From: Acidimicrobiales bacterium
Lineage (GTDB): Bacteria > Actinomycetota > Acidimicrobiia > Acidimicrobiales > Bog-793
DNA length: 64,000 nt
Assembly: GCA_050012675.1 (NCBI GenBank)
Contig: JBEKGS010000007.1
Location: 14,405-78,404, forward strand
Direction: 5' to 3'
This document shows, piece after piece, positions 26,817 through 34,983 of the stretch. The notes beneath the pieces were generated by a model. The model was given only the letters and a program-made list of their open reading frames with translations. It did no database searches and was not told the origin of the DNA. How positions within the stretch are numbered: position 1 is the first letter of the stretch; each line of letters starts with the position of its first letter. A program made the position numbers and the translations under genes.

Positions 26817-27914
26817 GTGGCAACCGACACCTCTGCGATTCTCGGTTACGCGTCAGCCGTCGGGTCCGCCCCGCCGCCGTCATTGTTCGCGCGGCGGGGC
26901 GACCCGGCTCTTGCTGAGGCCTTCTCGGAAATACTGAGGGCTCCGCGGCCCATCGGCCAGGTCGAGGATGTCGAACTACTTGCAAAGCTTCTCTGGGACG
27001 ACGTCTTGCGCGGCATCAGCTCCGACCCGGAGTTGATCCGCCTCGCAATCTCGTTTTTCCACGAGTTGGGGTTCCTGTGCAAGTACAAGTCCTACGGCGT
27101 GAAGGTGGCTTCTCCCTTCGGGTACTCGCTGTTCGTGCTCGAGGATGGCAAGGGTTTCAGTTTTCAGCTTCACGCATCGCGCAAGCTCGAGGCGTTTCAC
27201 ATCCTGGAGACTGCCGAGTCGAGCTTCGTCTATCTGTCGTCAGAGGCCGAATGGCACGAATCCGGCGAGCTCAAGGCTCGGGAGTGGGCGGAGTCCAGGC
27301 GTCTACAGCCTGAGTCCGCTTGCGCCTATCGTCCGAGCGCGGGTGACGTGATCGAAGTCGGGCAAACCAAGCTTGTCCACACTGTTGTCGGCTGTGTCCT
27401 GGAGGAGTTCGCGACCTGTTCGACCGACACCGTGGTGCGGCTGTTCGACCAGAACGCCGGTCAGGCAGTCCGCCTGCCAAGGGCACATCTCGACATTGCG
27501 GACATCTTGCGGCGAACAGCGTGGTTGCCGAGGAGGAAGCTGAGCCGCGTGGAACGGGGTTGGTCGGCTGTCGGTTTCCAGCCTGACGATCCGCTGATCG
27601 ATGTCCAGGGCGAGCTGACCGCACGCCGCATCTTGCTGCCGGGTCGAGGGGACGATCTCAGCTTCGCTCCCTTGAGCGGCCGGCTCGTGGTGATCGTCCC
27701 GTTGAACAAGGCGATAGCGGTTGCCGCCGCCGACGCGAGTTGGACCGTCGCTCCCGGCAAGACCGTGGTCATTCCCGAGAATGTTTCCTTCGGCATCCGA
27801 GCCGCTGATTCTGACAGTTTGTTCGCACTTCACGTCGTCAGCACAGAACTGGCGCTGAAAGACGGGCGATACGCGCCCAATCGAAAGACAGACAGAACAG
27901 CCGGTATCGGGTGA
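26817..27914 (+). CDS. Hypothetical protein with a cupin (type II phosphomannose-isomerase-like) core
   Basis: 365 aa, 16 nt after ino1. GKGFSFQLHASRKLEAFHIL and GDVIEVGQTKLVHTVVGCVLEEFATCSTDTVVRLFD resemble the two cupin motifs of type II PMI/GMP enzymes. Function unknown. Confidence 0.6.
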   Translation: MATDTSAILGYASAVGSAPPPSLFARRGDPALAEAFSEILRAPRPIGQVEDVELLAKLLWDDVLRGISSDPELIRLAISFFHELGFLCKYKSYGVKVASPFGYSLFVLEDGKGFSFQLHASRKLEAFHILETAESSFVYLSSEAEWHESGELKAREWAESRRLQPESACAYRPSAGDVIEVGQTKLVHTVVGCVLEEFATCSTDTVVRLFDQNAGQAVRLPRAHLDIADILRRTAWLPRRKLSRVERGWSAVGFQPDDPLIDVQGELTARRILLPGRGDDLSFAPLSGRLVVIVPLNKAIAVAAADASWTVAPGKTVVIPENVSFGIRAADSDSLFALHVVSTELALKDGRYAPNRKTDRTAGIG

Positions 27915-27932
27915 CGGCGAAGAGTTTCGAGC

Positions 27933-30392
27933 TCAGACGCCCAGGCGAGCGCGCCTCATCAGCTCGCCCTTGGTGCGGAGGGTTACCGGCTGATAGCCGG
28001 GCAATGGCACCAAGTGCTCGTGGATGGAGTCGAGCACCCAGGACGGCTGAGGAAAGAACATCGAGTCAAGCTCGGCCGCGGGAGTGATCCAGTTCCGCGC
28101 CCCGACGACCGTCGGCGGCGCGTCGAGGTCGTCGAAGCACAGTTGCGTGAGGTTCGCGGCAACTGTCTGCATGACGCTGCCCCGCTCGACCTCCTCGGAC
28201 ACGAGTAGCACCTTGCCGGTCTTTCGCACGGACTCGACCAGCGGCTCATGGTCGATCGGGACGGCGGCACGCAGGTCGATCACTTCGGCTGAGACACCGA
28301 AGTTGGAGGAAAGCTGGTCCGCTGCCTTGATCGCGGTGTACAGCGCCGGCCCGAGCGTCACGATCGTCACGTCACTTCCAGGTCGCTTCACCGATGGTTC
28401 GCCCAGCTCGATCTCGAAGTACCCCTCCGGAACGCCCCCGGGCTGGAACTGCTCGCCGAAGTCGTAGAGCTTCTGGCTCTCGAGGAAGACAACCGGATCG
28501 GTACCGACGAGCGCAGAGTTCATCATCCCCTTGGCGTCATAGGGAGTGACCGGGTACACGACCTTGAGGCCGGGTATGTGGTGCAGCAGAGCCGTCCAGT
28601 CCTGTGAGTGTTGAGCCCCGTACTTGTCGCCCACCGAAATGCGCAGGACTACGGGCATGTGGAGCACTCCCGCCGACATGGCCTGCCATTTCGACAGCTG
28701 GTTGAAGATCTCGTCACCAGCACGGCCGATGAAGTCGGCGTACATGAGCTCGGCGACTGCACGTCCTCCCTCCATGGCGTAGCCGACGGCCGCCCCGACG
28801 ATCGCGGCCTCGGAGATCGGTGAGTTGAAGAGGCGGTGATAGGGCAGAGCCTCCGTGAGGCCTCGGTAGACGCCGAAGGCGCCGCCCCAGTCACGGTTCT
28901 CCTCACCGAAGGCGACCATCGTGGGGTCGATGGCAAAGCGGTGGAGCAATGCCTCGAAGATGGCGTCGCGGATGTTGTACAGCTTCAGCTTGGGCACCGG
29001 CTCGCCGTCCACGACGGCGGTGCGCTCCTTGCCTGCGATCTGCTTGACACGCGGGTTGTCGGCCAGATCTCCCAAAAGCTCTGGCTCGCGTTCGTCGAAG
29101 CGCTCGACGCGTCCGCCAGAGAACATGACACCGCCCACCATCTCGGAGCTCACCTCGACGCGTGGGCTCGCCTCGAGATCGATCGCCAGCCGGAACATGT
29201 CGAAGACCATCTCCTCGGCGGCGGTCCTTGCCTCGTCCAGCGTCGACTCCTTCACCGCTCCGGTGTCCAGGACGTGGGCGCGGAAGCTGGCGATGCAGTC
29301 CGCCGCTTGCCACTGTTCGATCTCCTCACGGCTGCGATAGCTCGACGCATCCGAAGGTGAGTGGCCGCTGTAGCGGTAGGTGAGTGTGTCCAACAAGACA
29401 GGGCCTTGTCCCTTTTCAAGGGTGACACGGGCCCGCTCGAAGGCGTCGACCACAGCGAGGGGGTTGTAGCCGTTGACCTCCTCGGCGTGCATCTGTTCGG
29501 GATTGACTCCGGCGCCGAAGCGGGCGATGGACTGCATTCCCGTCGTCTCGCCTTCGGGCTGGCCTCCCATGCCGTAGAAGTTGTTCATGCAGTTGAAGAT
29601 GATCGGCAGCCCACCGCCGATGGAAGGGTCCCAGAGCTTGCGGTACTGGTCCATGGCGGCAAACGTGACGCCCTCCCACACCGGCCCGCAGCTGAACGAG
29701 CCGTCGCCGATGTTGGCAACCACGATGCCCTGTCGCCGGTTGACTCGCTTGAACAGTGCCGCGCCCGGAGCGATCGAACCCGAGCCGCCGACGATGGCGT
29801 TGTTCGGGTAGATGCCGAAAGCCGTGAAGAACGCGTGCATGGATCCGCCCAGCCCGCGGTTGAAACCGGCTTCGCGTGCAAACATCTCGGTGTAAGCCCC
29901 ATACACGAAAAAGCGCTCCGCGAGCTCGCCGACCGGCCCGCTGTACGCCTTGGCGACGGGCGCAAGGACCGCTCCGTCGCGATAAGAGCGCATCACGTGC
30001 TCCAGGTCGTCATCACTGAACCGGCGGATGGCCGACAGCCCCTTGGCAAGGATCTCACCGTGGCTGCGGTGCGAGCCGAAGATGTGGTCCGCCGGGGTCA
30101 GCGAGTAGGCCATGCCCACCGCCGCCGCCTCCTGGCCGATCGAGAGGTGAGCGGGCCCGGCATGGTTGTAGGCGACGCCCTTGTACGCGCCCTTTGTCTT
30201 TATCTCGTTCAGGATCGTCTCGAACTCGCGGATCGCGCACATGTCGCGCCAGATGTGCACGAGGTCGTCGGGCGAATACCGGGCGCTCTCCTGTTCGATT
30301 GACAGGTTGTAGGCGTTGACGGGGATGTCCTTGAAGTGGAGTGCACCCGGACGGAACACCTCGTCGGGGACTACTGGTATGGACTTGGGCAT
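27933..30392 (-). CDS. ThDP-dependent 2-oxoacid/acetoin dehydrogenase E1 component, fused alpha+beta subunits
   Basis: 819 aa. Alpha part HLSIGQEAAAVGM, GGSMHAF and IGDGSF..(X)..NCMNN (ThDP motif). Beta part IRDAIFEAL, FGEENRDWGGAFGV, NSPISEAAIVGAAVGYA. Confidence 0.9.
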   Translation of the reverse strand: MPKSIPVVPDEVFRPGALHFKDIPVNAYNLSIEQESARYSPDDLVHIWRDMCAIREFETILNEIKTKGAYKGVAYNHAGPAHLSIGQEAAAVGMAYSLTPADHIFGSHRSHGEILAKGLSAIRRFSDDDLEHVMRSYRDGAVLAPVAKAYSGPVGELAERFFVYGAYTEMFAREAGFNRGLGGSMHAFFTAFGIYPNNAIVGGSGSIAPGAALFKRVNRRQGIVVANIGDGSFSCGPVWEGVTFAAMDQYRKLWDPSIGGGLPIIFNCMNNFYGMGGQPEGETTGMQSIARFGAGVNPEQMHAEEVNGYNPLAVVDAFERARVTLEKGQGPVLLDTLTYRYSGHSPSDASSYRSREEIEQWQAADCIASFRAHVLDTGAVKESTLDEARTAAEEMVFDMFRLAIDLEASPRVEVSSEMVGGVMFSGGRVERFDEREPELLGDLADNPRVKQIAGKERTAVVDGEPVPKLKLYNIRDAIFEALLHRFAIDPTMVAFGEENRDWGGAFGVYRGLTEALPYHRLFNSPISEAAIVGAAVGYAMEGGRAVAELMYADFIGRAGDEIFNQLSKWQAMSAGVLHMPVVLRISVGDKYGAQHSQDWTALLHHIPGLKVVYPVTPYDAKGMMNSALVGTDPVVFLESQKLYDFGEQFQPGGVPEGYFEIELGEPSVKRPGSDVTIVTLGPALYTAIKAADQLSSNFGVSAEVIDLRAAVPIDHEPLVESVRKTGKVLLVSEEVERGSVMQTVAANLTQLCFDDLDAPPTVVGARNWITPAAELDSMFFPQPSWVLDSIHEHLVPLPGYQPVTLRTKGELMRRARLGV

Positions 30393-30402
30393 CGACTCTC
30401 TC

Positions 30403-31758
30403 CTAGGCCACTGGTCGCTGAGCCTTGAGGATCGCTGCGTGCAGCGCCTCGGCTACGGTCGGGTGCGGGAAAATGACCTCGCTTGCTTGTGCCAAGGTCA
30501 TCTCGGCTTCGATCATCGCTCCGGCGGCCACAATGAACTCGCTTGACAGGTCACCGATCGCGTGCACGCCGAGGATCTCGCCGTGCGCCGCACCAGCGAG
30601 CACCTTGACGATCCCGGTCTCTCTCACGTGCTCGACGAGGAAGCGCCCTGCAAGTGCCATCGGTACCACACCCTTGCGGTACTCGATGCCGGCCGCTTGC
30701 AGCTCCTCCTCAGTCTTTCCCACCATCGAAACCTCAGGGTGGGAGTAGATCACCGCGGGTATCGCGTCGTAACGCATGCGATCGGGTCTGCCGAACATCG
30801 AATTGACGGCCACGATCCCCTCGCGGACCGCCACATGTGCGAGCATGTGCCGCCCTGTCACGTCTCCGCAGGCCCAGATGTTGGGCACATTGGTGCGTCC
30901 CTGGTCATCGACGCGGATGCCTCGGGGAGAGGCGTCGACTCCCACCTCTTCCAGCCCGAGGTCGCTGACGATCGGAGCCCGGCCGGTGGCGTTGAGGATG
31001 TACGTGGCCGAGTCGCTCGCCGGGGCACTCCCGGCATCCTGGTAGTGAAGCGTGGAGCCCTCGATGCCGAGCACCGAGCAGGACAGGTGGAACTCGATGC
31101 CGCCGCGACGCAGGATCTTGAGAAGCTCGTCGCCGATGTCACCGTCGCAGCCGGAGGCGATCCTCGTCAAGGCCTCGTACACCGTGACCTGCGCGCCGAT
31201 CTCGTGGAAGAAGGATGCGAACTCGAGGCCGATGTACCCGCCGCCGACAATCGCTATCCGCTCTGGCACCTCTTTGAGCTCGAAGGCAGAGGTGGAGTCC
31301 AGCACACGCTCGCCGTCGATGCCGGGTATGGGCGGGGTCGCCGGTCGCGAGCCTGAGGCGATGAGTATGTTCGCCGCTTCGTAGCGCTCGCCGGCGACCT
31401 CGACCGCATTGCGGCCGACTAGGCGACCCGTTCCGTTCAGCACCTCCACGCCGGTGCTGCGAAGCAGCGACGACACGCCGCGCTTCAGCGTGCCGACGAC
31501 GTTGTCCTTGCGGACGAGGAGGGATGGCATGTCGAAGCTGGGCGCGTCGAGGATGATCCCGAAGGCGGCCGCTTCGCGGCACTCGCGGAACAGTCGGGAG
31601 GAGCGCAAGAAGGTCTTCGCCGGTATGCACCCGACATTGAGGCAGGTACCGCCCAACTCAGCCTTCTCGACAAGGGCAACGCTCTTGCCGAGACCACCTG
31701 CATGGGCGGCAGCCTCATACCCGCCCGGCCCGGCACCAATGACGATCAGATCGAACAT
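30403..31758 (-). CDS. lpdA: Dihydrolipoyl dehydrogenase (E3)
   Basis: MFDLIVIGAGPGGYEAA, redox-active GGTCLNVGCIPAK and C-terminal HPTVAEAL; 451 aa. Confidence 0.95.
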   Translation of the reverse strand: MFDLIVIGAGPGGYEAAAHAGGLGKSVALVEKAELGGTCLNVGCIPAKTFLRSSRLFRECREAAAFGIILDAPSFDMPSLLVRKDNVVGTLKRGVSSLLRSTGVEVLNGTGRLVGRNAVEVAGERYEAANILIASGSRPATPPIPGIDGERVLDSTSAFELKEVPERIAIVGGGYIGLEFASFFHEIGAQVTVYEALTRIASGCDGDIGDELLKILRRGGIEFHLSCSVLGIEGSTLHYQDAGSAPASDSATYILNATGRAPIVSDLGLEEVGVDASPRGIRVDDQGRTNVPNIWACGDVTGRHMLAHVAVREGIVAVNSMFGRPDRMRYDAIPAVIYSHPEVSMVGKTEEELQAAGIEYRKGVVPMALAGRFLVEHVRETGIVKVLAGAAHGEILGVHAIGDLSSEFIVAAGAMIEAEMTLAQASEVIFPHPTVAEALHAAILKAQRPVA

Positions 31759-33116
31759 AGCGACCGCACACTCGCAATCTTTTGCTTGACAACATTGAGG
31801 AATCTCGCCCCCGGGGCACCGTCGATCACCTGGTGGTCGAAGGTGGCCGAAAGGCCTATGACGTCGACGAACTCGACTCCGCCGTCGGGCATACGAACCG
31901 GCCTCAGCGTGATGGCGTCCACCCCCAGGATGGCTACCTGGGGCGGGTTGATCACCGGCGTGAACGACTCGACCCCGAGCCCGCCGAGGTTGCTCACCGT
32001 GAAGGTGGCGTCCACCATGTCGTCTGCGCCCAGAGTCCCCTCGAGCGCCCGAGTGGCCAGTGCGCTCATCCGGCCCGACAACTCCGCGACGCTCAGCTCC
32101 TCTGCGTGGTGGACGACGGGGACGACGAGCCCCCGCGGCGTGTCACAGGCAAAGCCCAAGTTGACGTGCGCTCGCTGATAGAGCCGACCTTCGATGAACT
32201 CTGCGTTGACTGCCGGCACTTCGAGCACGGCTCTGATCACGCAGAAAGCCACAAGGTCGTTGATCGTGATGTCGGGGGTGCCGGGAGACGCCTTGATGTC
32301 CCGGCGGAGCGCCAGCAGGTTGGTCGCGTCTGCTGAGGCGTGGAGGGTGTACTGCGCAGTGCTCGCCAGCGACTCGCCCATGCGCCGGGCGATCCTCTCG
32401 CGCATGCCCGTGAAACGAAGCGGAGGGGGTACGAGGTCACTCGCGCGGACCATGCCGCCTAAACCCGAGCCCGCCCCACGGATCTCGTAACCGCTTTCCA
32501 GAAGGTAGCGAGCGGTGCGGCTGACCGGCACGGTTGAGCCGAGCTCAGCGCGAACGTCCCTCTCCAGGATGCGCCCACCGGGCCCACTGCCCGTTAGCGT
32601 CGCTGAGTCGAGGCCGCGTTCGGCCGCGAGCCGTCTCGCCCGCGGGCTCATACGGCCGACTGGAGCGACGATGCTCTCTGCGGGCACCACAGGTTGAGCC
32701 GCAGGCTGTGCCCCGTTGGATGCTCGGGATCTCGCCAAATTGGGCCCACCGTCACTTGCCGGCGCGACAGCGACCTGCCCCGCCACCGGTTGGGCGCTGC
32801 CTGCGATCGCGCTCACGGGCGTTCCGGCCGTGACGGGCCGGACAGGCACCTTCGGGCGGTACTCCTCGAAGGATTCTCCCACTTCGCCGATAACGCACAC
32901 GTTGGTGAAGACCGGGACCATGGCGCCGTCGTCGAAGAACAGCTCCAGCACGGTCCCGCCCTTGGGCGCAGTTAGGTCGAAGGTGGCCTTGTCAGTCTCC
33001 ATCTCGGCGAGAACCTCGCCCGTTGAGACCACGTCGCCCTTGCGCTTGCGCCAAGCCACAAGCAGGCAATGCTCCACGGTGTTGCCCAGCTTGGGCATCT
33101 CGACTGGCGTCGCCAC
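31746..33116 (-). CDS. Dihydrolipoamide acyltransferase (E2), single lipoyl domain
   Basis: GTG 33116 preceded by GGAGG. Lipoyl domain EMETDKATFDL, E3-binding domain SPRARRLAAERGLDSATLTGSGPGGRILERDV, catalytic FDHQVIDGAPGARFL. Overlaps the E3 start by 13 nt. Confidence 0.9.
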   Translation of the reverse strand: MATPVEMPKLGNTVEHCLLVAWRKRKGDVVSTGEVLAEMETDKATFDLTAPKGGTVLELFFDDGAMVPVFTNVCVIGEVGESFEEYRPKVPVRPVTAGTPVSAIAGSAQPVAGQVAVAPASDGGPNLARSRASNGAQPAAQPVVPAESIVAPVGRMSPRARRLAAERGLDSATLTGSGPGGRILERDVRAELGSTVPVSRTARYLLESGYEIRGAGSGLGGMVRASDLVPPPLRFTGMRERIARRMGESLASTAQYTLHASADATNLLALRRDIKASPGTPDITINDLVAFCVIRAVLEVPAVNAEFIEGRLYQRAHVNLGFACDTPRGLVVPVVHHAEELSVAELSGRMSALATRALEGTLGADDMVDATFTVSNLGGLGVESFTPVINPPQVAILGVDAITLRPVRMPDGGVEFVDVIGLSATFDHQVIDGAPGARFLNVVKQKIASVRSLCSI

Positions 33117-33154
33117 TTGCTCAGAACCTCCCGGCCGAATGGCTGATCGTGTCG

Positions 33155-34882
33155 TCAGCCAAGTTGGCCATCCGCAGGTGCGGGTGGCTGGCCAGCCACC
33201 CGCAACAGTTCCTTCTCGGCCTCCACGGACCAGTGACCGTCGTCCAGCTTGGACGCCACGGTCGGGTAGGCGCTGGCGAGCTCGGCGAGAGAGAGCAGCC
33301 CGAGGTCTCGTAGAGGCGGGTAGATCACGATCTTTCCCGCCATCGACCTGTCCTGCAGTGCCGCCAGGCCGTCCGCGGCACCGGCCATGCCGGAGACCGC
33401 GTCGACAGACAGGTTGGTGTCCAACCGGCCGTCGGCGATCCTTTGGAGGAGAACCTCCATGTCGCTTACGACCGACCCGCTCGATCCGAACATGTAGCAC
33501 CGGCGCGCGATGTAGCTGTCGAGGTCGATGTCGCCTCGGGTGGCCACAGCGATCCCGGCAAAGATATTGATAAGACTGCGATCCTCGCTCCTGGCGATGG
33601 CTTCGGCGACCAGTGAAGGGACCGGCACGAGGATGAGGTGGTAGCTGAAGTTACCCACCACGGGCTCGCTGTTGGTGTTCAACAGCCGCAGGCTCACCCC
33701 GTTTGCCTGCGCGAGAGGCTCGGCCTTGAGCGCAAGAGCGCGCAGCCGAGCGTCGTCGAGGTCGGTGCCCACCACGGTGAGACCGTCCACGCTCGCGGAC
33801 AGGCTACGGATGACGTGCATCTGACCCATCGGTCCGGCGGCACCGACAGCCAGCAAGGAGTCTCCCGGCCGCAACTGCCCCGAAGGTGGGATCGTGGAAT
33901 AGGAGTCAGCTGCCGACGACCCGACGGTACCGATCCAGCGCGTCGTCTCGTAATGAATTCGGCCGACCCCCACAGACACCGGCGTCCCGATCGTGGCACC
34001 GCCCAGGACGACATTGATGATCCCGCCGACGGCGAGTTTGTCGTTGAGCACTTCGATCGTCGCCTTGGACGCTCCGAAATACACGATGTCGTCGAAGCCG
34101 GCGTCCGACAAGTCGCGGACGTGGCCCGCACGTGTCACCACTACGCCGGGGCCGGCCCAGGCAAAATCAGCCTCGGCCGCCCCTACGACGGTCACGAAAG
34201 CCGGCGGTTGACCGGGCTGAGCCGCCTCGGCGAGGCCCGACACCTCGTGCCCGTCGTCAACGACGACTGCAAGGTGTCCACCGGGCGCAAGCGCGCGCCG
34301 GTTCCCAGTGGAGTAGGAGTTCTCGACGCATGCCCACGGTTCCACCAACGCGACCGCTGACGCGCTCGGTTCCTCTGGCACAGGGATCAGCGACCGGACA
34401 CCCGTGGGGTCCACGACGACGCGTTCGTCCATGAGCACGTACTCCTGGAGGCCGCCCTCGAAGTTGTACCCGAAGGCAGCGTTGGAGCCTTTGGTTGGCA
34501 GGCTACGGTAGTCGGTCTGCACGAGGCAGCGCTCGCCGACCCGGTGCCGGGTGACGCCGCTGCCCACAGCGACGATCCGGCAGCAAATCTCGTGTCCGGG
34601 AACTGTCGGCAGCTCACCGGGCACGTAGCTCGGGATCTGCCCGAGAACTTCGGGGGAGATACCGGACACGACCTCGCCCTTACGGGGATGGGCGGAGAAT
34701 TGGTTCCACAGCTTGAGGTCTGAGAAACACAGGCCTACGGCCTCAACCTTGACGACGATCTGGTGAAGGCCCGGGCGCGGAACTTCCTTGGCGGTGTTGA
34801 GCAGGAGACGTCCCGGGCCGACCAATTGAACGGCGTTCTGTGTGGCCGGAAGAGCGTCGTCGTCTTGGTGTCGTGTCATCAT
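33155..34882 (-). CDS. Atypical long (575 aa) zinc-type MDR alcohol-dehydrogenase-superfamily protein
   Basis: N-terminal GroES-like domain with GLCFSD and PGHE zinc-ligand motifs. A second region carries a GAAGPMG Rossmann motif. It is about 200 aa longer than ordinary MDR enzymes. Confidence 0.8.
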   Translation of the reverse strand: MMTRHQDDDALPATQNAVQLVGPGRLLLNTAKEVPRPGLHQIVVKVEAVGLCFSDLKLWNQFSAHPRKGEVVSGISPEVLGQIPSYVPGELPTVPGHEICCRIVAVGSGVTRHRVGERCLVQTDYRSLPTKGSNAAFGYNFEGGLQEYVLMDERVVVDPTGVRSLIPVPEEPSASAVALVEPWACVENSYSTGNRRALAPGGHLAVVVDDGHEVSGLAEAAQPGQPPAFVTVVGAAEADFAWAGPGVVVTRAGHVRDLSDAGFDDIVYFGASKATIEVLNDKLAVGGIINVVLGGATIGTPVSVGVGRIHYETTRWIGTVGSSAADSYSTIPPSGQLRPGDSLLAVGAAGPMGQMHVIRSLSASVDGLTVVGTDLDDARLRALALKAEPLAQANGVSLRLLNTNSEPVVGNFSYHLILVPVPSLVAEAIARSEDRSLINIFAGIAVATRGDIDLDSYIARRCYMFGSSGSVVSDMEVLLQRIADGRLDTNLSVDAVSGMAGAADGLAALQDRSMAGKIVIYPPLRDLGLLSLAELASAYPTVASKLDDGHWSVEAEKELLRVAGQPPAPADGQLG

Positions 34883-34983
34883 GTCCGTCTGGCGTGATCG
34901 TGTGTGATCGGAGTCGCTCTTCTCGTGCGCCTCCGTACCATATGGGATCGTAGACGACCGCTACGACCTCCCGACAATTGAGA

